A stretch of 23,139 nucleotides of DNA from Octopus sinensis (GCF_006345805.1 NW_021823905.1:1-23139), one strand, 5' to 3'. Positions 1 to 9,329 are shown, counted from the first letter of the stretch. Program-made: numbers and translations. Notes: generated by a model from the sequence alone, not told the origin.

Positions 1-23
1 AAGACAAAGACGGAAAGAGCAAA

Positions 24-62
<39 letters not shown>

Positions 63-939
63 GAAGATATAATGCAAACTAAAACAAGCCTTGAGATCGA
101 ACCATTCCAAATTGTATAACCTCATGAATAAAATGGTTCTAAGCAGTTAATTCAGAGCCCCTAAACAGGGTCTAGCTGGGACGTGTTGTTCGGGTCCAAA
201 CAAAAATATAAATAAAGCTCTTACACAATCTATGAGTGACGAAGATTTCTTGGGTTTAGTCTAATACATTCGCTGGCACCCTAATTTGACACCCTACACT
301 ATTTTACATAAAAAAAAAAAACATGCTGCTCTGAAAACAAGCCCTTTGAAAAAAAATATCTACGCAGGAAATAAATTAGACATTTTCTTGAAGTAAGCAT
401 CCTTTTGTAGGTGTGGTTCAAACCGAAAGTGACGTTTCCAGAAACGGTTGCATGATTCGGCCATATGTGGTCAGATAAACAGGGGAACCTTTTGTAGAAA
501 TCAAGATTAAAGGACAACAGATATTCTGTGAAGGACCCAGATGTCTAAGGCTTCCGGGATATCGCAAAATTAGTTTTGCAAATGTCAGGGCATGTATGTC
601 ATGTGTGAACGTGTGTTTTATGTCTTGAAATTTCTGCGGCTTCATGCAAAGGGGTTTTGAAAATCACTTTTAAGACTGTCTGGTCTCCTTCGTGTCTAAG
701 TGTATATGTGGCAGTGTGAGTATATGTGTGTGTATGAGTAGGGGGATAAATGTATATATATGTATATGTGCATGTGTGTGTGTGTGTGTGTGACAGTAAA
801 TACGGGGTTGTCTGGGAATGTATTTGTTTGAGTGTGAGTTAGTGGTTGTTGTGTAAGTTAGTGAAAATAGCGGAAAGAACTGCGTGCGTATGAATGTGCG
901 CGCGCGGCTTGTACTGGAGAACAACGGTCTGTGAATCAT

Positions 940-1499
940 GGGATGAATGTGTATGTGTGTACATGTATGTCTGTGCATGTATGTCTGTGCATGCACATTT
1001 ATGCATGTGTGTATGTATATATATATATATATATATGTATACATCCATGCATGTATGCATGTATGCGGGTGTGTATGAATGTATGTACGTATGTATGCAT
1101 GTACGTATGTATGTACGTATGTTTGCATATATGTATGCACGCACGTATGAATTTTTTTAAGTATATATGTATCGACGTACGTACGTATGTATGCATGCAT
1201 GCATATATGCGTGTATGTATGTATGTATGTACGTATGTATGCATGTATGTATACATGTTTATACGTATTCATGCTTGTATGTATGTGTGTGTATATGTAT
1301 ACATGTATTATGCGTGTATGTAAGTATGCATGTATGTGCATACGTATTTATGCAGCATGTATGCATGTATACATATATATGTATGTTTTCGTGTATATAT
1401 GAATGTATGTAAGTGCGTATGTATGTATGCACGCATGCATGTTTATATGTATGTCTATATGCATGTATATATGTATGTCTATATGTATGTATCTATGTC

Positions 1500-1531
<32 letters not shown>

Positions 1532-1545
1532 TGTATGTATGTATC
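940..1545. repeat. Compound (ATGT)n/(TA)n/(GTAC)n microsatellite
   Basis: Directly visible. Confidence 0.95.
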
Positions 1546-1670
1546 AAAAAAGGATCAAAGGTCTTTCCTGGAGTATATGTTCATCATACCGGATTCTTCA
1601 GAGTTTATATTCCCCGGTGGACGGGACACCGGACCGTTGCAAGATTACTCATATCCGCCATTAGAAGAGA

Positions 1671-1786
1671 GAGGCAACGTGAAACGAAGTATTTTGTTGA
1701 AGAATACAACGCTTCGACAAGTGCAGAAAATGAAACCACAATCTTACGGTCACGCATGCAATACGCTAACCACTACGCCGTGTGCC
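1671..1786 (-). mobile_element. tRNA-derived SINE, 5' part (same family as 18474-18733)
   Basis: Minus strand reads GGCACACGGCGTAGTGGTTAGCG...CGTAAGATTGTGGTTTC...CAAAATACTTCGTTTCACGTTGC, aligning to the copy at 18474. Confidence 0.65.
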
Positions 1787-1800
1787 TACACACACTTTTA

Positions 1801-1980
1801 GAGTGGCGCGTGGTGGCCTCGAGCAAAACCCTTTGTTTCATGTTGCTCCAGTCCACTCTGCTGATAAAAACGAGTTGTACTTGTAATACAAAGGACCGGT
1901 CTTATCACATTCTCCGTCGTACTGAATGTCCCTGAGAACTACTTGAAGGTAACGCATGTCTTTGGACTCTTCAGCCATTT
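1801..1980 (+). mobile_element. SINE fragment (headless, related family)
   Basis: GAGCAAAACCCTTTGTTTCATGTTGCTCCAGTCCACTC matches 18566-18603. Confidence 0.6.
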
Positions 1981-1992
1981 ATGCATATGTGT

Positions 1993-2042
<50 letters not shown>

Positions 2043-2044
<2 letters not shown>

Positions 2045-2365
2045 TGATTAAACCTCGCTAAGTTAAATATTTAAATCACCTGAAGAATGACTGTAACTCG
2101 AAATTTTTACGAATTGGACAGCCATGAAACGATCGTAGTGTTATACTAATTATCTTTTTTTAATAATTTTGATATATATTTAAAATAATATAAATTAATT
2201 AATCTTATGTATTGGCTTAAGTTTTTCATTGTATGATTGTATGATTTGCCTAATAGTGGTTTTATCTCTAATTAATATAATATAATATTTTACTATAAAA
2301 TTGGATTCAATCCTAAATCTGATTCCCTGTAAGTTTGGATTTATTCCCTAATATTTATTATTATT

Positions 2366-2370
<5 letters not shown>
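2043..2370 (+). mobile_element. Probable Penelope-like element (PLE) pseudo-LTR / terminal remnant
   Basis: AT-rich 330-bp block carrying the minimal hammerhead, flanked by (TA)n on both sides. Minimal hammerheads with palindromic helix III are an established hallmark of PLE pLTRs. No RT or GIY-YIG coding sequence is present. Confidence 0.6.
2077..2140 (+). ncRNA. Minimal type-I hammerhead ribozyme motif
   Basis: CAC (stem I) - CTGAAGA core (2080-2086) - stem II ATGACTGT/ACAGCCAT (7/8 pairs) enclosing AACTCG/CGAATT (5/6 pairs) - GAAA (2126-2129) - stem III closed by the palindromic loop GATC (AC-GATC-GT) - cleavage triplet GTA (2135-2137) - GTG (stem I'). Confidence 0.75.
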
Positions 2371-2404
<34 letters not shown>

Positions 2405-2414
2405 TATTATACAC

Positions 2415-2453
<39 letters not shown>

Positions 2454-2560
2454 GATACATACATATATATATATATTATATATATATGTGGTGTGTATGT
2501 GTCCGTGTGTATACATGCACACACACACATATAACTGTGTATATATCTATATACCTATAT
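2350..2560. repeat. (TAT)n/(TA)n/(CA)n microsatellite
   Basis: Directly visible. Confidence 0.9.
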
Positions 2561-3148
2561 GTATACTGTTGCTATATTGTTTAGCTCCAATCCACAAAAC
2601 CTATGATCAAAAAGCATTCGAACCATCATACCATCCATTTTGTTTTCTATGAATGTCTGCGGAATCTCATTTCTTTAAGACATAAGCCGTAAGTTTAGTG
2701 AGATTTGGTTGCAAATTCTGGCGTGTCGACTCAGGACGTTGACACCATTTCATTGGGTTTTAGAGTGCATTATATTCGTGTGTGGCTTGTAGGACATATT
2801 GCTTATTGTATGAAGTGTGCACAGTATATGTTTGTGACTGTGTGTGTGTTCTCTATATGTCGTGCACATATCGCGGTATATTCATACGTAGATTTGTATG
2901 CATATGCGTGTATATGTTTTGTTTTTCGGGCATGTGTATATAATTTGATTTGTATGCCTGTATGATATATGTTTACGTATGTCTTGTATATATAAAATTT
3001 GTACAATGGTGTTTATGCGTGGTGTTTGTCTAACGTATTTTGAATGTACATTTATATGAAATATATATATATATATATATGGAGAGATAGAGAGAAAGCA
3101 GGGAGGGAGGGAGGGTGGAGAGAGAGAGAGTGAGAAAGACAAGGGAAT

Positions 3149-3192
<44 letters not shown>

Positions 3193-3474
3193 GTAACTCT
3201 GTAGAGTATTCTTGTGTTTCAATTATATATTTTCATAGCGCTTGTCAAGCAAGTACACGGCATGGCCATATGTATAAGAATTTCGCTTCTCAATCATAAG
3301 GCCTTACGTTCGAGATACCCTCGTGTCAAGTTGTTCTAAGCCGAGTGAATGAAACTTGGTAGATTAGAAGCCCTTCGGACGATCTATAGCTATGGTTCAA
3401 GGTTTCTGATTTACAGTATCTCTTTCCCGGACGCTTCTTATATCTCGTAGCATTGCTAGAAACGGCATATACGG

Positions 3475-3665
3475 CGTCGAGTTGGCAGAATCGATCGTTA
3501 TCACGCCGGATAAAATGCCTACCGTTTTTACGTTAGGCTCTGAGTTCAAATACCGCCGAGGTCATCTCTTTCAGAGTCGATGAAATAAGTGCCAGTTGGA
3601 TACAGGGGTCGATGTAATCGAATCTCTCCGCATCCCCCAAAATTGTGTGATTGGCTAGATTTTGA
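3475..3665 (+). mobile_element. Old Deu/Nin-type SINE copy
   Basis: GAGTTGGCAGAA...CTGAGTTCAAATACCGCCGAGGTC...GTCGATGAAATAAGTGCCAGTT...GGGGTCGATGTAATCG aligns to the young copies at 6376 and 19862. Confidence 0.7.
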
Positions 3666-3877
3666 GAAGTTGGTGTATAGGGAGTTCATGAAGCATTTCA
3701 TAATTCAATGATAAGATAAACAATGTTAGGGTACTGATGGAAGGAAATCTATTTTGCAGATTAATTTTAAGTCGTTTCTCTGACATTTCCTCTTCAGATT
3801 AGAATATATGTTAAAAAATTGTGTCACGAAAAGACAAAATTAAGGCCAAAAATAAAACTTATCGAATGTCAAATAAT

Positions 3878-3881
3878 AAAA
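3878..3881 (-). terminator. Probable Pol III terminator (T4) of the tRNA-Asn gene
   Basis: First TTTT run on the minus strand, about 14 nt downstream of the tRNA 3' end. Confidence 0.55.
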
Positions 3882-3894
3882 TATCAAACACCAC

Positions 3895-3911
3895 CGTCCC
3901 TGGGTGGATTC

Positions 3912-3948
<37 letters not shown>

Positions 3949-3968
3949 GCCGATTGCGCCACAGAGAC
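3895..3968 (-). tRNA. trnN-GUU: tRNA-Asn (anticodon GUU), intact 74-nt gene
   Basis: Reverse complement GTCTCTGTGGCGCAATCGGCTAGCGCGTTCGGCTGTTAACCGAAAGGTTGGTGGTTCGAATCCACCCAGGGACG folds into a full cloverleaf: acceptor GTCTCTG/CAGGGAC, D stem GCGC/GCGC, anticodon stem TTCGG/CCGAA with loop CTGTTAA, T stem GGTGG/CCACC with loop TTCGAAT, discriminator G. It matches the conserved metazoan tRNA-Asn. Confidence 0.97.
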
Positions 3969-4249
3969 AGCTGAATCAGAATCGCCTAGCTACCATGAAA
4001 GGTAATAAGAACGTTGTTCGTACTTTTGCAGCGAGTAACCAAGAGTAGCCGAGAATGGCCAAGGGTGGCCAACAGTGGCTTGCTATATGTGGCATTATTC
4101 TAAATAACATTATGTTTTCTGATGAAGTTAAGATGTTATGCATGAAAGTTATTTTAGAGCAAGACTACTAATATCTACATTATACAAATTATATACAAAG
4201 TACATGAAAACTTTTTGAGTAAATTCGAACCATCATCGTTCAGCTGTTT

Positions 4250-4323
4250 AACTCCGTGGGGCAATCGATTAACATGTTTCGGCGTTGACCGAATGTTCGA
4301 TGGTTCGAAACCCCACAGGAAAG
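4250..4323 (+). pseudogene. Decayed tRNA-Asn copy
   Basis: Ungapped alignment to the 3895-3968 tRNA gives 51/74 identities. It keeps the A-box-like TGGGGCAATCG, GTT at the anticodon position and the B-box GGTTCGAAAC, but the acceptor, D and anticodon stems are broken. Confidence 0.75.
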
Positions 4324-4588
4324 TTCATCGTTTACCCTTTTGTGTATATATGTGTTTTTTTTCTTCTTTCTTGAATATGTGTGGTGGTGCTTTATTTCTA
4401 CGATTATATCTTTTGACCTGTATTCAGAATATAAGACATATAACTGAATGCTCGTAATCTTATAATTAATTCTAATTACTTTCAGCTTAATTAGTTTATA
4501 ACGAGTGTTTTCAAGATAGTGAGTTCGAATATAAATTTATATTCGTGCAGGTTAACTTTAATTTAAATGTTATTAATGCTCAGCAAGC

Positions 4589-4805
4589 GTGGAGGCGCAA
4601 TGAGCCAGTGGTTAGGGCAGTGGGATCGCGGTTTCGATTCGCAGAGGGCGTTGTGTGTGTGTTTATTGAGCGAAAACACCTAAAAGCTTCACGAGGCTCC
4701 GGCAGAGGGTGGTGTGACCTCTGTTGTACTGTTTCGCCACAACTTTCTCTCACTCTCTCTTCCTATTTCTTGAGTTACGCTTCGATGGACTGGCGTCCCG
4801 TCTTG
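4589..4805 (+). mobile_element. tRNA-derived SINE with V-domain-like motif
   Basis: Pol III-type head (GGAGGCGCAATGAGCCAGTGGTTAGG, GGTTTCGATTC) and CGATGGACTGGCGTCCCGTC shared with 18628-18647. Confidence 0.7.
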
Positions 4806-4895
4806 CTCAAGGACACATACGCATCGCCGGGAATTGATCTCACGAACTTACGATCTTGAACCAGATACCCGAACCACTTAGTCACGTACCTTCAC
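4801..4895 (-). mobile_element. SINE head, opposite orientation
   Basis: Minus strand GTACGTGACTAAGTGGTTCGGG...GATCGTAAGTTCGTGAGATCAATTCCCGGCGATGCG..TGTGTCCTTGAGCAAG. Confidence 0.55.
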
Positions 4896-4939
4896 TCTGG
4901 CAGTTTCATTTTCCCCACTTCATCTCGAATGCATCTGTG

Positions 4940-4972
<33 letters not shown>

Positions 4973-5347
4973 TGCGTTGTAACAGCGTGTCGCTGCATCC
5001 ATCATTTGTCGGTGATTCCCCATTACTTCTGGTGGATAACACCTTGGCACCTCTCTTGGCGACAACAACCTTCCAACCCATGGATCTGTTTGAGTAGTCG
5101 TTGCTGGTGAGGGCTTTTACGAGGTCGAAGAGCACAAATCCTACCTCAACCACTTTTAGTCGCCTTTTACGAGAGGTAGAGGAAACGTCGAGACTATTCT
5201 CTGATATGCCTGTCCCCAAGCAATGCAGTAGTGTATAAAATAATACAATATCGTATGCAGTTATTAAGTTGTGCTTAACAGGGTGAACATTTTCATTGTA
5301 TGTTTTTATTTGATTTTACTTTTAAAGCCCTGGGAACAGAATTCCAT

Positions 5348-5774
5348 GGGATCTTTTCGGTTTGAACGGCAGTTTTTAACATAATTTCTAGGTAACTAAA
5401 AAATTTTAAACTTCGTATACTGGTAGAATGTATTTATAAAGCATCTTTTTCTCTTGGCTTTATTGAGAAAATTCTATGGTTTGTAAGATATTTGCTGTTT
5501 CTTTTTCTTCAATTTCTGCAATTTCAACCAATCAATGACGTCTATTGAGGTAAAAAAACATTCTGTGCCGTATGAATATGTCCCTCGTTTAAGAAACAGA
5601 TTGGGTTTATTTACATTTGTGAAGAAAAAAAGATACCCTTCCCCCCACCCCTAACCCTAACCCTAACCCTAAAACAGATTGAAATGCAATAGATCGATAC
5701 TAGGGTCATAATTATGGGTGACAATTTCATATAACACCGCTAGAAAAAACTGCCGTTCAAACCGAAAAGATACC
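5348..5774. mobile_element. Non-autonomous DNA transposon (MITE), 427 bp, GG-terminated TIRs, 8-bp TSD (Merlin- or Mutator-like)
   Basis: Left TIR GGGATCTTTTCGGTTTGAACGGCAGTTTTT (5348-5377) and right TIR AAAAACTGCCGTTCAAACCGAAAAGATACC (5745-5774) are 29/30 complementary. Identical flanking AATTCCAT at 5340-5347 and 5775-5782. Internal (CCCTAA)4 at 5649-5672. Confidence 0.9.
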
Positions 5775-6047
5775 AATTCCATGAAATAATCTTAAAATCT
5801 TTTGCATTTCTATAATTTTGGCTTTTTACAGAATCTCAGTGGTCTTGAAGCCTCAGGGGTCAGGAAAATGACAGCACCTTCCCCTCCTTCCATAAAAAAA
5901 AAAATTTGTTCTACATTTTGGTATGTTTCAGAATCGATTTACTACGGATAGAAATTTATTCAACCGAGTAGATAAATCTTCCGTGTTTGGTTTACTGTTT
6001 TTTAGGCCACAAAATATACTCCACGACCTCTTAGATGCGTGGTGGTC

Positions 6048-6078
<31 letters not shown>

Positions 6079-6375
6079 CGGTGGGTAGATGAGGGTGGAC
6101 TCTGTAGTGAATGTTTCTTTACCACAGCTGCTGCTATTGTTGATAATAATCTCGATCAAGGATAAATGACAAACCACTCAATGTATTTATCAAACAAACC
6201 AGGTTTTTTTTTCTTCAGTCTTCCGCACCTAACAGAGATGGAAAAAAAAAAGAGACCCCTTAACATATCAACATATTTTATATGCTACAATGCACTATTT
6301 CAACAAACTCCCTTCAACAGCACAGCATTCTCTTGTTTTATGTGACTGTGGTATATATGTGTGTATGTGTGTTAG

Positions 6376-7031
6376 GGCGGTGAGCTGGCAGAAACGTTAG
6401 CACGCCGGGCGAAATGCGTAGCCGTATTTCGTCTGCCGCTACGTTCTGAGTTCAAATTCCGCCGAGGTCGACTTCGCCTTTCATCCTTTCGGGGTCGATA
6501 AATTAAATATCAGTTACGCACTTGGGATCGATGTAATCGACTTAATCCGTTTGTCTGTCCTTGTTTGTCCCCTCTGTGTGTAGCCCCTTGTGGGTAGTAA
6601 AGAAATATATATTTTATAACGCGGCGAGCTGGCACAAACGTTAGCACGCCGGGTGAAATGCGTAGACGTATTTCGTCTGCCGCTACGTTCTGAGTTCAAA
6701 TTCCGCCGAGGTCGATTTCGCCTTTCATCCTTTCGGGGTCGATAAATTAAATACCAGTTATGCGCTGGGGTCGATGTAGTCGAGTTAATCCGTCTGTCTG
6801 TCCTTGTTTGTCCCCTCTGTGTTTAGCCCCTTGTGGGTAGTAAAGAAATAGTTATTTCGTCCGCCGCTACGTTCTGAGTTCAAATTCCGTCGAAGTCGAC
6901 TTCGCCTTTCATCCTTTCGGGGTCGATAAATTAAATACCAGTTACGCACTGGGGTCGATGTAATCGACTTAATCCGTTTGTCTGTCCTTGTTTGTCTTCT
7001 CTGTGTTTAGCCCCTTCTGGGTAGTAAAGAA

Positions 7032-7034
<3 letters not shown>
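6376..7034 (+). mobile_element. Tandem trimer of a young Deu/Nin-type tRNA-SINE (units 6376-6607, 6621-6850, 6851-7034)
   Basis: Three near-identical units with head GGCGGTGAGCTGGCAGAAACGTTAGCACG, B-box GAGTTCAAATTCC, core GCCTTTCATCCTTTCGGGGTCGATAAATTAA and tail GTAAAGAAATA. The third unit is 5'-truncated. Confidence 0.9.
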
Positions 7035-7062
<28 letters not shown>

Positions 7063-7069
7063 TGTATGT

Positions 7070-7118
<49 letters not shown>

Positions 7119-7125
7119 TGTGTAT
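7035..7125. repeat. (ATGT)n(GT)n microsatellite
   Basis: Directly visible. Confidence 0.95.
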
Positions 7126-7142
7126 GCTTGTGTGTTTTTAAG

Positions 7143-7700
7143 TGGTGTGGATGCAGCTTGGTCGAATGGTTAAGAATTTCGCATCATCATCTCAACGGCA
7201 CGGTTTCGATCCTCCACCTGTATTGCATCTTGGGCAAGTGTGTTTCTTTCTACCATTGCCTGAGGCCAACCAAAGTTCAACCTTCGTCAGATGGATTGCA
7301 CCTGCAGCCACACTGTAACGTCCTTATTCTACCCGAGGGTTACGTTATTGACACACGTATCTGCGGAATACTTTGCCACTTACACCCTAATTCAGTTGAT
7401 CAAACAACTGCATCTTCATTTCCGAAACAGATGGGGAAAATCAACTTCAATGCGCGTAGGAAGGTGCAGGAGTGGCCGAATGATTTAGAAGTTCAGTCAT
7501 GAAGTGCAATGAAGGGCTTTTTAGCATCGATCTCGTTGCACAGCACCTTGAGCAAGAGTTTCGTACCACGGCTTCGGGTTAACCCAGTTCTGAGTGGTGT
7601 TTGGTAAACGGAAACTTTGCGGAAGTTCATTGGTTGGGCTGTGTGTCCCTCTGATTTAGATAGTCGTTCTTGTCAAACGCAGTGTCACGTGAGATCTGTC
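7143..7700 (+). mobile_element. Two decayed CORE-type SINE copies (about 7143-7280 and 7463-7700)
   Basis: CTTGGGCAAGTGTGTTTC..AGGCCAACCAAAG and CACCTTGAGCAAG..TTTGGTAAACGGAAACT align to the reverse complement of 14965-15060. Confidence 0.6.
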
Positions 7701-7799
7701 TGATAATTTACTTTAGGACAACTTTAGGAGTATCTGTGGAATGCACGGCCACCAAATTTGTTTAATACAAAGTCTCCTTCGCTGTTGAGGTTTTTTTTT

Positions 7800-7915
7800 G
7801 TTTTAAAGTTTTCTCGAGTCCTAGGGTTCATAAGACCGGTTACCCGGTTTCCATGGCGTTTGAGTAACCGAGATCACGACGTTGCCCCTGAACGGGACGC
7901 CCATCCGTTTTACGG
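7800..7915 (-). mobile_element. Decayed V-type SINE 3' part
   Basis: CCGGTTACCCGGTTTCCATGGCGT..GAACGGGACGCC is similar to the reverse complement of 18636-18715. Confidence 0.5.
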
Positions 7916-8119
7916 TTCAAGGTCAGCTATTTTGAGTGGCAGCGTCTGAGTACTTAACTGTTTAATTAATGAAACAACTGGATTGTCTATCAGAAAAACT
8001 GACGAGATCGATCCCTCGTCAAGTCGGCAATACCTCATATTCGTATTTGTCTTTACGGAAAGAAATATTTGTTTAAAACATCGGAGGGAAAATTTGCATT
8101 TCATATTAAGGTTTGTAAA

Positions 8120-8330
8120 GGAGGCGAGCTAGTAGAAGTGCTAAGAGCGTCGGACAAAATGCATAGTGACATTTCTTCTGGCTCTGAACGTTCTGAATTC
8201 AAATCCCGCTGAAGTCAACTTTTCTTTCGTCCCTTCGGAGGTGATAAAATAAATCGTCAGGGAAGTACTGGGGTCGATATAAACGACTTCCCCGCCTCAC
8301 AAAATTACTGAACTTGTATCAAAATTAAAA
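8120..8330 (+). mobile_element. Old Deu/Nin-type SINE
   Basis: GGCGAGCTAGTAGAA..CGTTCTGAATTCAAATCCCGCTGAAGTCAAC..GATAAAATAAA..CTGGGGTCGAT. Confidence 0.7.
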
Positions 8331-8598
8331 AAAAAATATGAATACGTAATTAAGGTTTATAACTGACGACGATAACAGAATTATTTTTATTGATTTTATT
8401 GGTTTTTATGCGCCAGTATATAAGCGGTGTGTTTCAAGAGGGGCTCCTCTTCGTTGGTCATTCGAACAGTGCTGACTTAGGGGAAAAGTGACAACAGTAA
8501 CAAAAAAGGGGTGAGAGAAAGGGTTGGGATTAGTAATTTCTTTTTTGTTTTTGGAGGGGAGCATCACAGTGGGATGGGGGATGATGCTTGATCGCGTA

Positions 8599-8630
8599 CT
8601 ATGCATGCCCACGAAGGAACCATTGAAAAC
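8599..8630 (-). CDS. Candidate terminal coding exon (GFQWFLRGHA*)
   Basis: 136-nt pyrimidine-rich intron with two CTGAC branch motifs ending GACAG. Phase-compatible with the microexon. Two AATAAA about 200 nt downstream (8386-8400). No homology recognised. Confidence 0.3.
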
Positions 8631-8766
8631 CTGTCGCGGGTGCGAGTGGAAGTCAGAGAGATGGCGTACAAGCCAAAGAGGTCAGAGAAAGAACCGGTAT
8701 GAAATATCCTACGGGATGCCATTGCCGTGAGATGGCGTAAGATGCTCGGTTAAACACTACGCATAC

Positions 8767-8796
8767 CTACGAGGGGCCAACTAACTAGGCGGGCCT
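8767..8796 (-). CDS. Candidate 30-nt phase-1 microexon (xARLVSWPLV)
   Basis: Long polypyrimidine tract ending GCAG, then 30 nt open in only one frame, then donor AG|GTATGC. No homology recognised. Confidence 0.3.
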
Positions 8797-9181
8797 CTGC
8801 GGCGCGGACGAAAAGCAAAGAAGGAGCATAACCGCGATAGAATGAAAGGAAGGAATAGTGTACTTTCGCAGGGTCTGTACTCAGAATATTCAAACCGTAA
8901 AGTGCTTGGGAAAATGGTGTTAAACATTTTATCCGACTTTCTAATAATTCTGCCAGCTCGCCAACTTTGATGTACAAACTAATAATTTTTTAGGAGGGTA
9001 TAAAGAAAGGAATTTGGGTAAGGAAACAATTGATTAAGTATTTGACTGGTCCATTATTTTATTTCCCAAATTTGAAAAAAAAAAAAAAGATATACATACA
9101 AGGTTTACCTTATCAGGATTTGAAATCAGGAAGAAAAGAACCAGAGCAAAGCTGGAGTGAATTTTGTTCAACGCTGGAAAC

Positions 9182-9329
9182 CAGCGGTCCCCAAACTTTC
9201 TTGCACCAAGGACCAGTTTCATGCAGAGCAATTTTCTATGAACCAGGGTGGGGGTGAGATTATCATGCGTTTAACAACACACAATGAAGGGCATAATTTT
9301 TATTATTTAATTATTACACGTGTAATATT
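9182..9329 (+). mobile_element. hAT-Charlie-type terminal fragment (Charlie3/MER1-like end)
   Basis: CAGCGGTCCCCAAACTTTCTTGCACCAAGGACCAGTTTCATG..CAATTTT..ACCAGGGTGGGGG resembles the recalled Charlie3/MER1 terminus. The second end is not seen (SINE insertions follow). Confidence 0.6.

Noticed and set aside
1555-1605. CTGAAGA...GAAA on the minus strand (also at about 3770-3800 minus and CTGATGA at about 4119 plus)
   Set aside because: No valid stem II and stem III pairing around the cores, so not hammerheads
5105-5145. VLFDLVKALT on the minus strand resembling RT motif A (xLDLxKAFD)
   Set aside because: No other RT motifs in the flanking frame; likely chance
5649-5672. (CCCTAA)4 as a chromosome end or fusion scar
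   Set aside because: Only four units, lying inside a TIR/TSD-bounded element
6376-7034. CRISPR-like repetition
   Set aside because: The units are long SINE copies with no unique spacers; eukaryotic context and no cas genes
8417-8702. TATATAAG plus TCATTCG as a plus-strand promoter for the ORF MHAHEGTIENLSRVRVEV (8601-8702)
   Set aside because: TATA-to-Inr spacing is 43 nt (too long), the ORF is only 33 codons, and the purine bias is better explained by minus-strand polypyrimidine tracts
9090-9180. Protein-looking frame GLPYQDLKSGRKEPEQSWSEF and minus-strand donor AAG|GTAAAC
   Set aside because: Runs into a transposon end, and the donor phase is incompatible with the 8796 candidate exon (in-frame TAA)
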